Source: Octopus bimaculoides | Taxonomy: Eukaryota | Assembly (NCBI RefSeq): GCF_001194135.2 | Contig: NC_068982.1 | Coordinates: forward strand, 99,075,021-99,139,020 | Length of the DNA stretch: 64,000 bases | Direction: 5' to 3' | In this document: positions 24,556 to 38,975 of the stretch, piece after piece | How the letters are laid out: every line of letters begins with the position of its first letter | How positions within the stretch are numbered: the first letter of the stretch is position 1 | The notes under the pieces: model-generated | Database searches by the model: none | Seen by the model: only the letters and a program-made list of their open reading frames with translations | What the model was told of the DNA's origin: nothing | Translations under genes and position numbers: made by a program

Positions 24556-26194
24556 CAAACACACACACACACACAGTATACACACTAACAATAGAAGAAT
24601 GCAGCATTCACTAAATGCTTATATATTATTTCCTTTTCACACCCACTCCTAAAATGGCTTACCTAGCCAGAACTGACACCTTAATGGCAAAACAGAAATT
24701 TTCTATATGTACAACATCTGTACTTTGAGTTTGCTACTATTGATAAGTGGAAAATATTAACATATTATGTATTCTCTATATTACTATAAAGTAAAAAACT
24801 TCTTTATTACTCCAGTAAATGGGTAATATTTTATATCACAACTTATTTTGTATCAGCAAAGCATACCTAATCACCTATATCCCTTTTAGCTGATTACTTA
24901 ACATTTGAAAAATTTTACAAATTCAGCATTATGAATTTGTATGTATTATCTGTTGTTGTAATGACTCTCACAACAGTGAACTCTCAAACAAAACAAACCA
25001 TTACTCCAAAGAAAATAATGTATTGTCTCCAAAGGAATTCTATAAAATCTGTGTCGGGGGAAAAAGATATATTAATGATTACAATAATGATAATATTATT
25101 ACTGAGTTAACTAATTAACAAATTTTAATAATTGCTAGATATAATACATCACCTATTTTGACTAACAATTCATTACAGAGATTCACAACAATAAGAAAGA
25201 ATATTTAAATTAGATGAAATAATACATCCATTATCATAAATTCATATAATCTATTTCCTGATAATCGAATGAACAGAACTTCATAATAATATCCTTCATT
25301 TGCAATTATATAATATAATAGCTCACAATAGCTATAAAGTATGCTATTAAGGCACTATATCCAAGTGAAGAAGGCAATTTCTCTAGTCACCATACTAGCA
25401 GAAGGTAGTTCCATAATGTAATAAGACTCTCTGTAAGCATCCCACTGCAGAAGAGTGGGAGTTGGAGAGTAATAAGAATCAATTCAATCAGGAAATAACT
25501 GAAATAGTGAGGTAGATGTAAATTCAGTTAAGAGGAATGTGGCAAAGAATGCAAGTAATTTCATACTAATTTAATTCCTAATATGTTTGGGTGTATACAG
25601 GAATTAAATGAAAATGACATTTCAAAATCTCACAAAAATATTAAATCTGAATATGATATACATATGTAACAAACATGGAGACGTAAAATAAAATTCCTGA
25701 GCAAAAACGGTACAAATTGGTGGTAGGAAAATTGCTTTTTGAGCAAAACTATTTTGAATATTCAAATTTTTACAGAATGTTACAAAGAAACTCACACACA
25801 CACACACATAGAGCTTAATAGAGATACGGAAAGTGAAAGAATGAATGGGTTTTAAGAAAAAGGATCTATACTAATTCTAAATGGAATTATAATTCTACAG
25901 AGAATTAAAAAAATATACAAGAGAAAGATGTGGATACTTCTCACTTAAAAAATAACTTTTCAAGGTAATATTGATTTTTGTTTGTTTTTTATTGATTTTG
26001 TTTTTTTATTATTTCTAAATATATACCTGATTTGTAACTTGGCAAAATTTAGGCAACTTAGCTAAAAATCAATATATAAATATGAATAATGATAAACAGC
26101 AAAGGATTAATAAATGGCATTTTTTTTTTAAAGCCTGTGATATCTATAAAATGCTTTGGTAATTTTTTGTTTTCACAATAAAACAACTGGTTTC

Positions 26195-26410
26195 AATTTT
26201 GGCACACGGCCAGTAATTTCAAGAGAGGAGGTGAACTTATTTTATCAACCCCAATTGGTACCCTCAATTAGTACTTATTTTATTGACCTTAAAATGATGA
26301 AAGCCAAAGCTGGCCTCAACAGAATTTGAACTCAGAACATAAAGACGGACAAAATGCCGCTGAGCATTTTTCCCACTATGCAAACAATTCTACCAGCTCG
26401 TAGCCATATA
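26195..26410 (-). mobile_element. SINE-like repeat (…ctgagttcaaatt… family)
   Basis: Reverse-complement similarity to 49177-49390 (aaatgctcagcggc…ttctgagttcaaattc…ctttcatc…aataagtac). Confidence 0.7.
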
Positions 26411-29400
26411 GCAACTGTAGTATTGATAAGATAAATGTCAATGGGGATTTATGAATTAATTATAGTTATAGCTCACAAGTGACAATTATAATGTATACAG
26501 AATATATTCAACTGATGTATCACTCACTATGACACAATACACTGCTATTAATACCACCAGATGTAGGACATTATCTAAAGGATAAATTCGATATATTAAA
26601 GATCAGTACTAACAATAAGAGATGTTCTAAAAAGACTTTTTTACAATCAATCTGGATTGTACACAAGGCCAGCTGGTGACAATACAGAAAACTGAGATAG
26701 TAAAGATTTTGATTTAAAATGGTCAAGTATTTGTAATTCACTAAATGTTTTTCTAGGTTTCACAAACTAAGATGTGTCTTCACTTAGCTTTAACATTAAA
26801 ACTTAGTACTCATTCAAACCTGCTGGTTGTCTCCAGAGTTAGAGGTATGAATGATAGAAGAATGAAAGACAGAGGCATGAATGATAATGACTAATAAAAG
26901 AGAATCATGATAGGTGGATGAGGGGTGTACAAGATTCTAACGTATGTTTATATATTTTACAGTAATGTAGTCTAGAGGATAGAACAGTGCCAGAAAGCAA
27001 TGTGACTCAGGAGATTACATGATGACAAAGGACCACAATGCATGAGAGAAAAAGTACATTTTCATCAAACACAAGCCTTCAATACTCTAATGTTTATTTC
27101 ATCTAAGAGTGTTTCAGCAAGCTTTTCAGAGATACAACAAAACAAAACAAAATAAGAAATCATCATCATCATCATTTAACATCCAGCTTCCATGCTGATA
27201 TGGGTTGGATGGGTTGGCAAGCTTGAATGAGTTGGAAGACTGTGTCATGCATCAATATCTACTTTGGCTTGATTTCTATGGCTGGATGCCCTTCCTAACA
27301 CCAACTGCTTCATACAGTGTATGAGTGCCTTTTTTGTTGTCTCAACTTAGCAATGATCACCTCATAACTAGTAATACGAAGGCCCTAAAGAGGATCCAAT
27401 AAGTTGGGGAGAACAGAAGAGAGAGTGGGCTAAAATGACTAAGTTAATTCTAAAACGTGTCCCAACAGATATAACATTTATAGAATTTCTGCTGGACTGT
27501 TTCTATGTATCACTGTTTCAATTTTGAATGCCTTCGTATATGAATTTTCCTTTTGAATACCAACAACAGGATCAATAAAATAAACGTCAGTGATATAGTA
27601 CATTCCATTGAGTATATCTCTCCTGCCAAGCAAAAAATATATTTAGTTTAGTCAAGTGAATTATTTTTCTAGTTTTATACATAAAATACCTCGGTTGTTG
27701 AACATTTGCATATTGTTTTACAGTTGCAACATATATACTGAAATAAAAATGAAAGCTGCTGCTATGAGATATATACAGAGAATGAACTACAAAGGTTTGA
27801 ACTTAGAACAACATAGCCAACCTTCCTACTACCATACTGCTGAAAATGGCATGAAATTTCTATTGTTGAACAAAAAAATAAACCAGCTCTTCGGCTTTTA
27901 CTGTGATGGAGCCAAATGTAGTAAATTTATCTATCTGGCATTGCTGTTCACTAATGATCATTGTAATTGGCCAATATAATGAGACAGATATAGATTTCCT
28001 GCCAATCAACATAAATTTCCGTATTTTCCCTTTCTTTCTTTTCCAGTATTTTCCCATGCTTCATGTAAATCAGTTCAACAACTGAATAAAAAGTAATTCT
28101 CTCATGAAATGGTGTATATTTTCTTGTGTGTCCATGTGTGTATATGTAAATAAGACACTATTTATAGGACTGATTAGTGTTATTTTTCTTTAGAGGTATT
28201 AATAAAATGCGTTAAATACTCTCAAAATAATAACCTTGTTTAAAACATTGAATTATGTGTCAGATTTTCATAACATTAGTAAATCATTGGGTTGGAACCA
28301 GTTTCTTTACTCAATACTAAAGGAACAGGAGGAGGGGGGATTTAACTGACAAAAATAAATGCCAGTTGTTTTACAATGAATACATATATTTAAGAGAAAT
28401 GTATTTATCTCAGTTATTAAAGATCAATATAAAAGTGAATTACATATAATAAACTTTTGCTAAATTTACATCAATAATTTGGTAAATGTGCAATCTAAGC
28501 ACAGAATTTCTCCCATCTTTACTATTTTACTACTTGAGATAAGAATATAATACTGGTCTAATAAAGAAAATAATTACTTTTTGCCTTGGCACAATGCCTT
28601 TTTGAAACAAATTTTATTTCCATTCATGCTGGAGGGATGCAAAACAAAAACAACACCAGCAGGATTTTGAAGAGTGAAATAGAAACAGGAGGTGTTGAAT
28701 AAAATAACATAAAGCATCTTACCAAGTTTAATGGAGAATTGCGCTACTTTGTTTTATTTGTATTTATGTTAATTTTTTCATTGTAGCATCAGTTTAATGA
28801 GTACATTACTATGGCATTGTTGTTTTACAGCTGGATGCCCTTCCTGTCACTAAACCTTTCCACTTTTAAGTAAGGGATCTCTTATCTTCAAAGGCACAAA
28901 ACCAGCAGATGATTTGTTGACAAAGAAAATGACAACAACAACAACATTGCTTCAAGTTCACCAATTTTCAGAGAAGTGTGAATGCAGATAAACACAAAGA
29001 TAGCCATGCATGCACACACACATATACACAATGGGCTTCTTTCAGTTACTGCTAATCAAATCCACTCTCAATACTTTGATTGGCTGAGAGCTATAGTAGG
29101 AGACATTTGCTTAAGACATCAGAGTAAGATTGAACCTAAAACCACATAGTTGGGAAGTGAACTTTTTAGCCACTCAGTCATGCCCATGTCTTTTAGCCTA
29201 TCAGTCATGAGCTACAACTTTAAATATTTGCATGTAAAGTTAAGTGACAGTTCAAATATTTGGCCACTGAAAACATGATTTAGTATAAAAATGAGATCCT
29301 AAACAAATAATGCAAGTATGTCATTAAATGTGGATCCATGATACCCATTAGGTCAAAATATGGCATAAATTTGTGATGGAATTTACTGAACGTAAATAGA

Positions 29401-30382
29401 GATTTCAAAATGAAGGAAGATCAGTTTTTGACAAGCTTGAGCCTGACAACACAAAACTAAAAAGCACAGAAAGATATTATACGGCAAATCCACCTCATCT
29501 TAAAAGCATGAGAATTTGTACACAAGTCATCCCATATCTGATAACTGGATGCTCTTCCTGTGACCAACCTTAACTGTTTTTTAAGTTAGGGAATTTTATT
29601 CCATTTACCTTCAAAAGTATGGAGCTACAGTTATTTGTTGACATGGAATGTCAGCATAACAACATTGCTTTGCTCAAGCAGTTTCATGCTAAAACCTTAC
29701 TGAATGTTAACATTCTCAAAGACACAGATTCACGTGCACGCGTGCGCACACACACTCGCACACACTTTACTTCTGGGTTAACACAGCTACAACAAATAAA
29801 AAATATTTATCCACCAATGCAGTGTTGAGCACTCATTCTCACTGCTGTGAGTGTGTGTGTGTGTGTGTGTGTGATGAGCTTCCATACAATTCCCATGTAC
29901 TAATTCTACTGATGGGGCACTGAACCTGTAATCATGTGGCTGTGAATCAAACTTCTTAACCACACACCTGTGTGTGTGTAAAAATTAGTGAGAAAATTAT
30001 CTTATCCATTGTTAACAAGACAAATCCCCTCAGGATAAAATGCTGATCTAATAACAATTAATCCTCCAAATGGTATTTATTCTCAGGCATGGCAATGGTG
30101 GTGGCAGTGATTAGTTATGTAACCGTCTCATAAAGAGAGAATCACTAAAGAGTGAATTTTTCTATAGGGATTCAATGCGGAGGTATTCCAGAGAGATTTC
30201 TCCTGCCTTCCCTTGACCTACAGCAGGATGATTTAACCCAGTGTTACAAGTTCATTGAACCAACAATTATAAAATGATAGAGTGACAAATGACAACTTTT
30301 CATAGTACCTATTCCATGAGTGGGAAACTTGAATGTTAAGAGACTGGTGATATTTATCCCAATGCAGTTGCAGTAAAATAGT

Positions 30383-30432
<50 letters not shown>

Positions 30433-33416
30433 AACAATTTACTTGGTTATGACTATATGCATGTAAAGCTGTTGAATCTAGCGAGAAACAATAAACGCAG
30501 ACACTAATAGTACATAAAGACTTCCTATCAGCATATGACAAAACACTGGTATGGTTCCTAATCACTGCTGATTACCTAATGCTAAGCAATTGGAAGAATA
30601 CTGTAATAAGTTGCAAAACTTGAGAGCTAATCAATGCCTGAAGGTGAATGCCTGAAGGGTCTGTGCATGTATAAAATATAGTTTAAAACATTATATATGT
30701 ACTGAATAAGAAACAAATTTGGTCAAGTTCAACTCTGAGCAACATTTGCCCTTATATATATACGGAGTGTAGAGAGGAAGATTTTCTACAGTCACATGCT
30801 TTTCCTTTTACCAACCCTCTCACCTGTTTCCATGTAAGTTAATATTTCCCCCATGGTAAGATATATTCTAGCAGAATATTGGAAATGGGTGACACTACTT
30901 GTATGACAGTGACACTCATTTTCAACTATCCCATGATGTCAAGATAAGGAGACACAAACAGACATATACATAAATTCACACACACAACAAGCTTCTTTCA
31001 GTTTCTATCTACCAAATCCACCCACAAGGCTTTGATTAGCCCAGGGTTATAACAGAAGATACTTGCCCAAGGTGCCATACAGTGGGACTGAGCCCAAAAC
31101 CATGTGATCGGGAAGCAAACTTACTACCATGCAAGCAATAATAAACTAAAAACAGAACGAGTGATCAGGTGAATTCTAATGATGTTCAGTTTCACAGACA
31201 TAATGAAACAGAATTCAGATGGTATATGTTGACCAGTTCAAATGTATGCCAGCATTGCAAAGTAGAAAAAATGATAAAATGATGATTATTTTACATTTTC
31301 CAATGTTGGCATTAATAGCAAGCATTTTTAAAACTGAATACTTTCACATTGATAGAGTAATATTTTATAATAGCTAAATGCCCTTTCAGTAGCCTACCAC
31401 TTATCTTTGAAAGTAGTAGATCCTGCTGGCAGTTGGGAATGTTGAAGCAAATATAGTAAAGCATCTTATCCAGGAGTACAAACACCACAATGACTATGAT
31501 ACAATTTGCTCAAAAGCTTTTCATTTATTTATTAAAAAAAAATAGGAAGATTTTCTTCTGTTACCATCTTGTAAATACAAACCTATCAAGTATAACAGAG
31601 CAAAGACTTCTGGTTCAATTTCCTTGCCTCGGTTTTAGCTTTTACACACGTGCGCATGCACACACACACCATTTGTTGCAAGATTGGAAATGTATACAAA
31701 AGTGATGATGATGTTTATTCTCTATTTTACATCAAACTAAAAAATGATTATTGATTATAGTAACATTTCCAATGATCTTGAAGAAATTGATCTGCATAAT
31801 ATATCATCTAAATTCAATAAACAGCATGTGTCTAAATTTGACTGTATTCTAAACAAATGACAAGTTTAAAACAAATCCTGTATAGCTAGCCCTATTGTAA
31901 GCGACTTCTTTAAGAATAACTTATCCAAAAATAGATATTTCCTAGGCTGTGTGAAATTCATGATACGAACAAAGAGGTTGTGGTATTGTTCATGTCAACT
32001 ATAAAGACTAATTACACAATTTAAACAAAAAATTAATAATACTGAATATTAAATGCAGTCAAATATTTAAAAATTAATTCACTAAAGGGATTATTTTTTT
32101 TATACACAGAAATTTTAATTCCCAGTCTAAAACAAGCTCTTTCAAATTCTTTTTAACATACTCAAGGCTTATTTCTATATAGAGATATAGTCTTCTGAAG
32201 GAAACCCAATGTATCTATAGGAAATAAATTTAATTTATGAAACCAGAGAGATGGAGGGTAAAGCAAACCTCTATTACATTTGACCTTGAAAATCAAAAAG
32301 AAAATAAACGCGGTGAAGCATACCATTTCCTTTTCTATTATTTTGGCTGCTTTCCATTTAAAGTTCTCTATAAAATGCAAGAAGCAGCCAATTAACATAA
32401 TCTAATTATATAACTGTTATCTATTAAACTTGGATGGATGAAAGACAAAGTTGAGTCTGTTCTTTGAACTATGAGTCAGTACAGATAAACATAAAACTAT
32501 GCCTTCAGTTACATCATTTCATCTCAAACATTAATTTCTAAAGTGATTTGATCACTGTGGAGAAATCTAAACATTTTTGAAACTTGCAATATGCTTCACA
32601 AAGCTGTAATTTGAACAGAGAAGTTTAGATTCCATGTTATCCATATCTATAGTTTAAGTAAATAAAAATCAGACGCATAGAAATGTTGTAAAACAGCATA
32701 ACTCTAAGATGATATCTTAAATTAACGCAATTCCTAGAACAATGTTGAAACAGCTAGATGCATGCATCATGCTATCATTAATGGAAAGTATATTTAACTG
32801 AATGAATGTAGCAATCTACCTGAATTTTTTAATATCATTCAGGAATATATATACTCACTAAACATAAAATTCACTGAAAATTACTGTTAATGCTCTAAGC
32901 TTATTTAAATGGAAAACAGGAGTGTGAAAAAAAGAAAGAAAGAAAAGCTTAATGTGATACAGTGTTTTTACATTCACACATGCACATAAGTATACACTTT
33001 CACACATATTTCAAAATGAAAAACAAAACACACTTGAAAAACCTTGTAAAACCAGCTAGCAAGTCACATAACATCAAAGTTTGGGGACAGTGGGGAATAG
33101 TTACACTGAGAAATAGGGAAATCCCTAGAGTTGATTGTTGAGGTTAAGCTTGTAAATGTTGAAAAACACCAAGTAGTATGAAGTGACATTTAAGTAACTG
33201 ACAGCTTAACTAGTCTGTTCATTTGTTGCTCTGTACTTCTGCAGGGCATGTTATGAATGACTCAGCTCCGTGCCAAAAACAAGCTTAACTGAGAAAAAAA
33301 AAAATAAAACAAAAAATTTGATGATAGGTCACCTTATTCTCTCAGCTTAACAATCAGTTAGGAGCAACCAACAATTGAAGCCTTAAAAAGAGAGATCGAC
33401 ATCATATGATGTACAA

Positions 33417-33417
33417 A

Positions 33418-33476
<59 letters not shown>
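33417..33476. repeat. (TAC)n microsatellite
   Basis: Direct reading. Confidence 0.95.
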
Positions 33477-34204
33477 GATTTGATATGCTTATATACTTTG
33501 GACTCGTGTCAAATGAAAATAAAAATAAAATGGATAAGTAGTTAATCTTTTAAAGCAATACTAACAATAATAATTTAGTAAACTTACAAATGCAATTAAG
33601 ACTTGAAAGAGCCTTGGACTTGTAGATTGTACTGTTAGCTTACATTGCTGAGAAGCTGAAAAACAAAACTTTTCTTCGAATGCTATTTTGCATTAGCTGA
33701 CAAACTAATCAAGTAACTGATCAGCAGCAAGTAGTAAAACAGGAAGTATGACTATGTTAAAGGATTGGTATAAAGAATTTACACAATCCAAGATAAAAAT
33801 TTATGACAAATATACATCTTGAGTTGGTGCCTCTCTACTACTGCATAGTTTTATAACCCAAGTTTCTTTAATCTTGAAAGAGAATTATATTATTTATTTT
33901 ATTTGCTTAATAATGTTTTTATTCATTTTTCTCAATTTCTTCAACAAATTTTAACGAAAACTTTTGCCTATAGCTATAATTTTTAATTGCACAAGAAATG
34001 TTGGGTGCAATTCATCAGAATACAAGAAAATATTAAAATCAAGTGTGTGCGGGGAAGGCAGTTGTGAATCCTTTATTCCAGTTTTCTCCTTAATGAATCT
34101 TTATCAAGTCTCTCCCAGCCTCATTTTACCTAAATGAAATTTATTTAAAATTTTTACTTTACAAATATACCGTCCCACTCTCAAAAGATCTTTGTCTTGC
34201 AGGT

Positions 34205-34500
34205 TACTTGGCAACCTTCCCACTGCTAATACCACATAAAAAGCACCCGATCTACTCTGTAAAGTGGTTGGCATTTAGAAGGGCATCCATGCCACAGATT
34301 TTGGTGGTGTTGGTGCCACATAAAAAGGAACCAGTTCACTCTGTAAAATGGTTGGTGTTAGGAAGAACATCCAGCCATGAAAACCATGCCAAAGCAGAGA
34401 GTGGAAATTGGCACAGTCCTCTGGCTTACCAGTTCCTGTCAAAGTCTAACCCATACCAGCATGAAAGATGGATGTTAAATGATAGCGATGATGATGATAT
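34205..34500 (+). mobile_element. Decayed RTE-3'-UTR-type repeat with an internal duplication
   Basis: Two tandem gtaaagtggttggcatt/gtgttaggaag…catcc blocks and a (GAT)n tail. Similar copies lie at ~27165-27330 (-), 40870-41090 (+), 42730-42960 (-), 44130-44340 (+) and 54640-54740 (+). Confidence 0.65.
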
Positions 34501-37500
34501 TTGTTCAATAGTTTCTGACATTATCATAGACGATAAAACAACTTCTCATTATTAACTACCAGGACTCATAAAGACAATAAATATATATATAATAAGAAAA
34601 AAATATTAAGAAAAAACAAAAAACAGATAATTTAAAAATTTTCGTTGCATATTGCAACCTTTTCAATAGTCTTGATAATTTTAATTTATATTTTACTGTT
34701 ATTATCATTTAATAATGATTTCATATTACAGAAGTCCACACATTTTGGAGAAAGGGATATGAATAGTTATTAATGACCCCTGCACTTAGCTACACTTACT
34801 GACCATGGGAAGATGAATGGCAAAGCTGGCCCTCAAAGGATTTGGATTTGAACTTAGAGCATAAGGGAACACATCTAAATACTGTAATATATTTTATCCA
34901 TTGTTCAACTGATTGTGGTACAAGACCACACATTCATTAGACAGCTTTAGTACACATCAGACGGTTATTTTATTGTTCTTTGAAGGATGAAAAGTGATGT
35001 CAAACTCAAATCTAGACTAACGATATAGAAAGATGGAACTAAATGCAGTAACATATGTTATAGGGCATGTTGGGGAACCTGTGAAATAACTGACACTAGG
35101 AAAGAGAAAGAAAAAAAAAGGCAAATTTAAACCTTCCAAATATTTTTACTGGTCAGTTAGATCTTCAGGATAGAGTTAATCTAACTTGCATGTCATCAAT
35201 ATCTTGTAAAATGCAGGCTCCTGTATAAAGACAGTCAAGCAGCCTCCTCCTACAAATAAAGTATCAGATAAGACCACTTTCTTCCTTCACAGCTTTGCCA
35301 AATACATTCAGGCCAAAAAACAAATTAAACAAACCTGATTATAGGAAAGTAAGAAACCCAACAAACAATATCATTGTTTCATTTTAATAAGTAAACTACC
35401 AGACAGAAGTTTGTCAAAATATATTCAGCCGATGCAGTCACCACCTTTTTAATTACAGATTTTCAGAAGATATTACAGGCATAATTAATAAGATCAAGAT
35501 TGATAAGCAGTTAGAAAGCTTTCAAAGTTAAGCTTAAAAAGAAAAAGAAGCAACTTGGGCCCATATTTACATATTTTCTGCTAAAAGTTTCAAGAATAAA
35601 TTAAAAGAAAAAGAAAAAAAAAATTAAAATTAAAACAAATCTATTCAAAGTTAAAATTTTGAAAATGAAAATTAATTAAATGAATAAGATTAATAAATCA
35701 AATTTAAAAAAAAAAGAAAAAAAGAATTAAGAAAATTTATCTAATCATGAAATAAATAGTAACAGATTTTCATATGATTCTGTATAGCTGTAAGATTTAA
35801 GACAAAACAGTAAAAGAGAAATGAAAAAAGTTTGTTTAAATAATTTGTTTTAATTCTGGGAAGATAAAAAGGTCATTGCAGGAGGAAACCATGAAAAACT
35901 TCATGAAAATTAAATGTTATTCCAAAAGTGAACGTACAGTCGCAACAGGATTGTATGAAAAATTTGAATTGTTAGTTTATAAGAGGGAAAACAACATTGT
36001 ACTGTAAGGATTAGTGAACCACCTGTAGGAAGTATAAAATAATTCGAAACAATCCATATAAGCAGTGTTTGTAGCATAGCAAACATAAAAACTTTTCAGC
36101 ATGTTAGTAGTATTAGTAATGTCGCTTATAAAGGGAAATATGTAGGGAATTAAAATAAGTAATTATAAGGTAATTTTAATGGTAACTTAATTTTCTGGTT
36201 AATAACATAACTTCAGTGAAAGGAACATTAGATTAAAAAAGATTGAGCTTAAATTATAAGAAAAGATGAGAAACTTTCCTAAGAGATTGGTTACAAACAG
36301 TTGCCTGATAATTATTGACTGAGATGTTAGAAATATGACAAATCTGAAAATAAATCCACATTAAGAATATAAACAAATGATTAACGCTTTAGAAGTACAA
36401 CTGAAATAGTTCTACTCCCTATGTTTCCCACATAATGGCATAAAGATAGGTTATCAATTACCATGAGTTCTCTTCTTACTATGGCCATAAATGCGTCCCT
36501 CAATCTTGCCTATTTCATTTACTACACTGCAAAGCATAAGAGAGAGAGAGAGAGAGTGGGGGGGGGGAGAAAGAGAGAGAGTAGAGTGCTGATTTAACTG
36601 GAAATTAAGTAGTAGTTTTATGGGCAGTGATCTTTTCTAATAGGCTACAAATTTTGGGAGATGGATTTTTGATCTGATATATTGGACTAGTGCTTGAATG
36701 GTAGATATTTTGATTCCCCCAGATTTCTGTTGGATTTCAACTCAAAATATAAAGAGATGTAATTAAATAGGTTCAATGTTATGAGCTCCTTTCATATCAT
36801 AACAACCAAAATAAGTCAGAGTGTAATTTCAACTCAATAATTTAGTTTGATATAATTATGAAATATTCAAAAGAATTTAAAATAGTCACACTCTTTGTTC
36901 TTGCACCATATAAAAAGGAACACTGCAATTGAAAAGTTGTAGTGAGCTAAAGTAGATGCTTTACATTTTTTTTTTTTAATTATTCATAAAGAGTTGACAT
37001 CTTTTTCTACAATCAAAATTTGATCATATAAATAACCTACATTTTAACATCAAGTAGGTATGGGTGGGATTGAAATGCCTTTTATTTATTACTTCCTATT
37101 AGATAAAACAATTATCAGTAAAAAGTATACAAAATTGTAAGATGTCAAGTCAAAAGACATCATTATTTCCTGTACAAAGACAACAAACTGATAGCACTGT
37201 TACCACATTGAACAAAATCCTTAATTATTCTTTCTGGCTCTTTATGCTGAGTTCAAATACTGATAAAATAAAATACCAATCAAATACTGGAGTCAATGTA
37301 ATCAACTATATCCTCTCCCTAAAATTGCTGGCCTTGTGCCAAAGTTTGAAACAATAATTTCAAGTACAGAAGAACCCATGATTAAGTAAAGTGTATTTCA
37401 TTAACAGGAAACCTAACTCATCTTGGATATGCTTTACTCAGATTATTATTAAGCCTTATTTAGGAAAGAAATCCATTCCACCACTAACAGCATGTATGTG

Positions 37501-37860
37501 AAATATAACAAAAACTTTAACTGGTTTTATTTCTTTTGATGAAGAGTTTCAAGAGTAATTCCAAATTATTTTTACTTCTTTTTCCTGAGGTTATTCTATG
37601 AATTTTTAAAAAAATAAACTTAGCTCAGTCAAGATAAAATGCCTTACAGATGGATACAGATCAGTGCAAGTAACTGAATAAAAACTTATTGAGCTATAAA
37701 CCAAGCTTCAGTACTTTTCTTGAATTAAACAAACTCTAAAAGACACCATTAAAAGATTTAAGTGGGTAAGAAAAGATGGATTAATAAATAAGACACACAA
37801 AATTAAGGTGGAGGGAGAAACTGGCAAGATTTCACTCATGCTGTAACTTAATAGGATTAC

Positions 37861-37950
37861 CTGCAGATAAGAATCTCATGTTTCTTTCATTAACTTCTCC
37901 AGAAAATTTGGCTGAAGTTAACACTTGGATTCTATTATAACTCGTCTTGC
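37861..37950 (-). CDS. Candidate in-frame 90-nt DIP2 cassette exon (unverified)
   Basis: Acceptor aaatttactcatcttcttgtag| and donor GCAG|gtaatc. It is 90 nt, phase 1-1 and open in the DIP2 frame: (G)KTSYNRIQVLTSAKFSGEVNERNMRFLSA. No homology recognised. Confidence 0.3.
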
Positions 37951-38085
37951 CTACAAGAAGATGAGTAAATTTGTCATTGTCACACCCAGCAATCTTTCTC
38001 TTAATTTCAAACAAATTTTCCTTGTAACTTTTATTACCTTATAAACTGAAATTGAGTCAACATACACTAGACAGAGTTAGTTTAA

Positions 38086-38305
38086 CGTTTTAGCATTCAG
38101 ATTTACTCTGTCAAATGTAATGCTTTATTTATTCACATTGTTTTGAATTAATCATGCATTATTATCTCATAGCTTTGAGATTTTGATAATGTGATTACTT
38201 AATTTTAGAATAACATTGTAGATAGGTATGAGAGATCAGATCTGTCTGGTTTGAACATAAAACAAGTGGAATATTTTGGCTGGACACAGTTTAAATACTA
38301 AAGGA
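38086..38305 (+). mobile_element. piggyBac-like MITE, copy 1
   Basis: TTAA on both flanks (38082-38085, 38306-38309) and degenerate TIRs. The internal sequence is the reverse complement of 54864-55086. Confidence 0.65.
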
Positions 38306-38435
38306 TTAATGTCTTCAATATTAAGAAATATTCAAAATATAATAGTTTCCAACAAATCAAAGGCTTTATAAAACTATGCTGCACTAAATATTATTTCTGT
38401 GTGCATATTTAAATATATATGTGTAAGAATATACA

Positions 38436-38483
<48 letters not shown>

Positions 38484-38910
38484 ACATACATCCATATATA
38501 TATATGCAAAAATCAGTAAATATAAACACAGCTTATGTAGAATATATCACACATTGAAGGCTTGAATATATTGAATGCTTAACTTTTTTTTAATTAAGAT
38601 TAATGTCATTCTTTCATTTACTGTTCGATTGTATAAATTATCTAACCAGACCCAGTTTAGCTGACCTTTCCAAATGGTACCAAATACTGTCACCTGACTA
38701 TTGTATTTGGAAATGCATGCAGATTAATCTAACTACAATTTGGATCAGGGTCATGGTCTTGGTTTTGAACAATTAAGGAAGAACTGTCTTTCAGTCATTG
38801 AATTCAATAGGTACAACAAAACTTTATGTGGAGTTAAACTCTTCTCTAAAAGCACATAGTACTTCCACATTATAATAAAGAACAAGACTGGAACCGGCTT
38901 TTTACATACA

Positions 38911-38975
<65 letters not shown>

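Noticed and set aside
27656-27979. 107-aa plus-strand ORF
   Set aside because: No recognisable motif or splice context; consistent with chance.
28723-28743. 21-nt in-frame microexon candidate with a GTAAG donor
   Set aside because: The acceptor is A-rich with no polypyrimidine tract.
32162-32284. Strong minus-strand acceptor and GTATGT donor, 123 nt
   Set aside because: There is a stop after three codons in the DIP2 frame and no other support; it is a likely pseudo-exon.
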